Source: Lama glama
Taxonomy: Eukaryota
Reading direction: 5' to 3'
Length of the DNA: 64,000 bases
Assembly: GCA_028534125.1 (NCBI GenBank)
Contig: CM052816.1
Span: 97,900,001-97,964,000, forward strand
Positions 63,708-64,000 of the stretch are shown here, piece after piece; within the stretch, counting starts at the first letter, position 1; each line of letters opens with the position of its first letter. A program made the translations under genes and the position numbers. The notes below the pieces were generated by a model. The model was not told the origin of the DNA. It ran no database searches and worked only from the letters and a program-made list of their open reading frames with translations.

Positions 63708-64000
63708 TGAGGACCCTGGCTCAGAAGAGCGGGTCAGCTTAAGTAGGCTTGTTAGAATTGTGGAAGTTTTAAAGCGTCCACATTTGGGTGACTTGAGTGA
63801 ATAGTACATTGGGCTATATGGCTTAGAATCAACTTCAAAATTCTGTTGAATGACAGATTAGCAAGATTGTATAAATATTTTTGTCTGGCAGTGGAAAAGT
63901 TTTCCTGTCTTCATTCTGCAGGTAGAAGTCAGCTTTGTTTATTCTCATCCCATAAGTATAGCTTTGCTTTTTTTCCTTTTAATTGGCTGGGATTCAAGCT

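Overview
Mammalian genomic DNA, most likely camelid (inferred from tRNA-derived vic-1-like SINEs and no visible ruminant Bov-tA/BovB). It holds the known head-to-head gene pair SRD5A1 and NSUN2. SRD5A1 (steroid 5-alpha-reductase 1) is complete on the minus strand: 5 coding exons, 46123->26681, 768 nt = 255 aa + stop. NSUN2 (RNA m5C methyltransferase) is on the plus strand: coding exons 1-9, 46756->61249, continuing past the window. Their start codons are about 630 bp apart across one CpG-island bidirectional promoter. The first 25 kb is intergenic and rich in transposable elements: L1 fragments, an ERV-L pol remnant, a probable two-LTR MaLR, three solo LTRs with target-site duplications (TSDs), and a 500-N gap. 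I found no previously undescribed biological system. The most notable details are an overlapping upstream ORF on SRD5A1, a rat-like finasteride-sensitivity tetrapeptide, a 19-bp promoter duplication, a solo-LTR cluster just past the SRD5A1 3' end, a near-full-length hAT transposon fossil and a strong CTCF motif. Repeat family names come from recognition by eye, not database searches.
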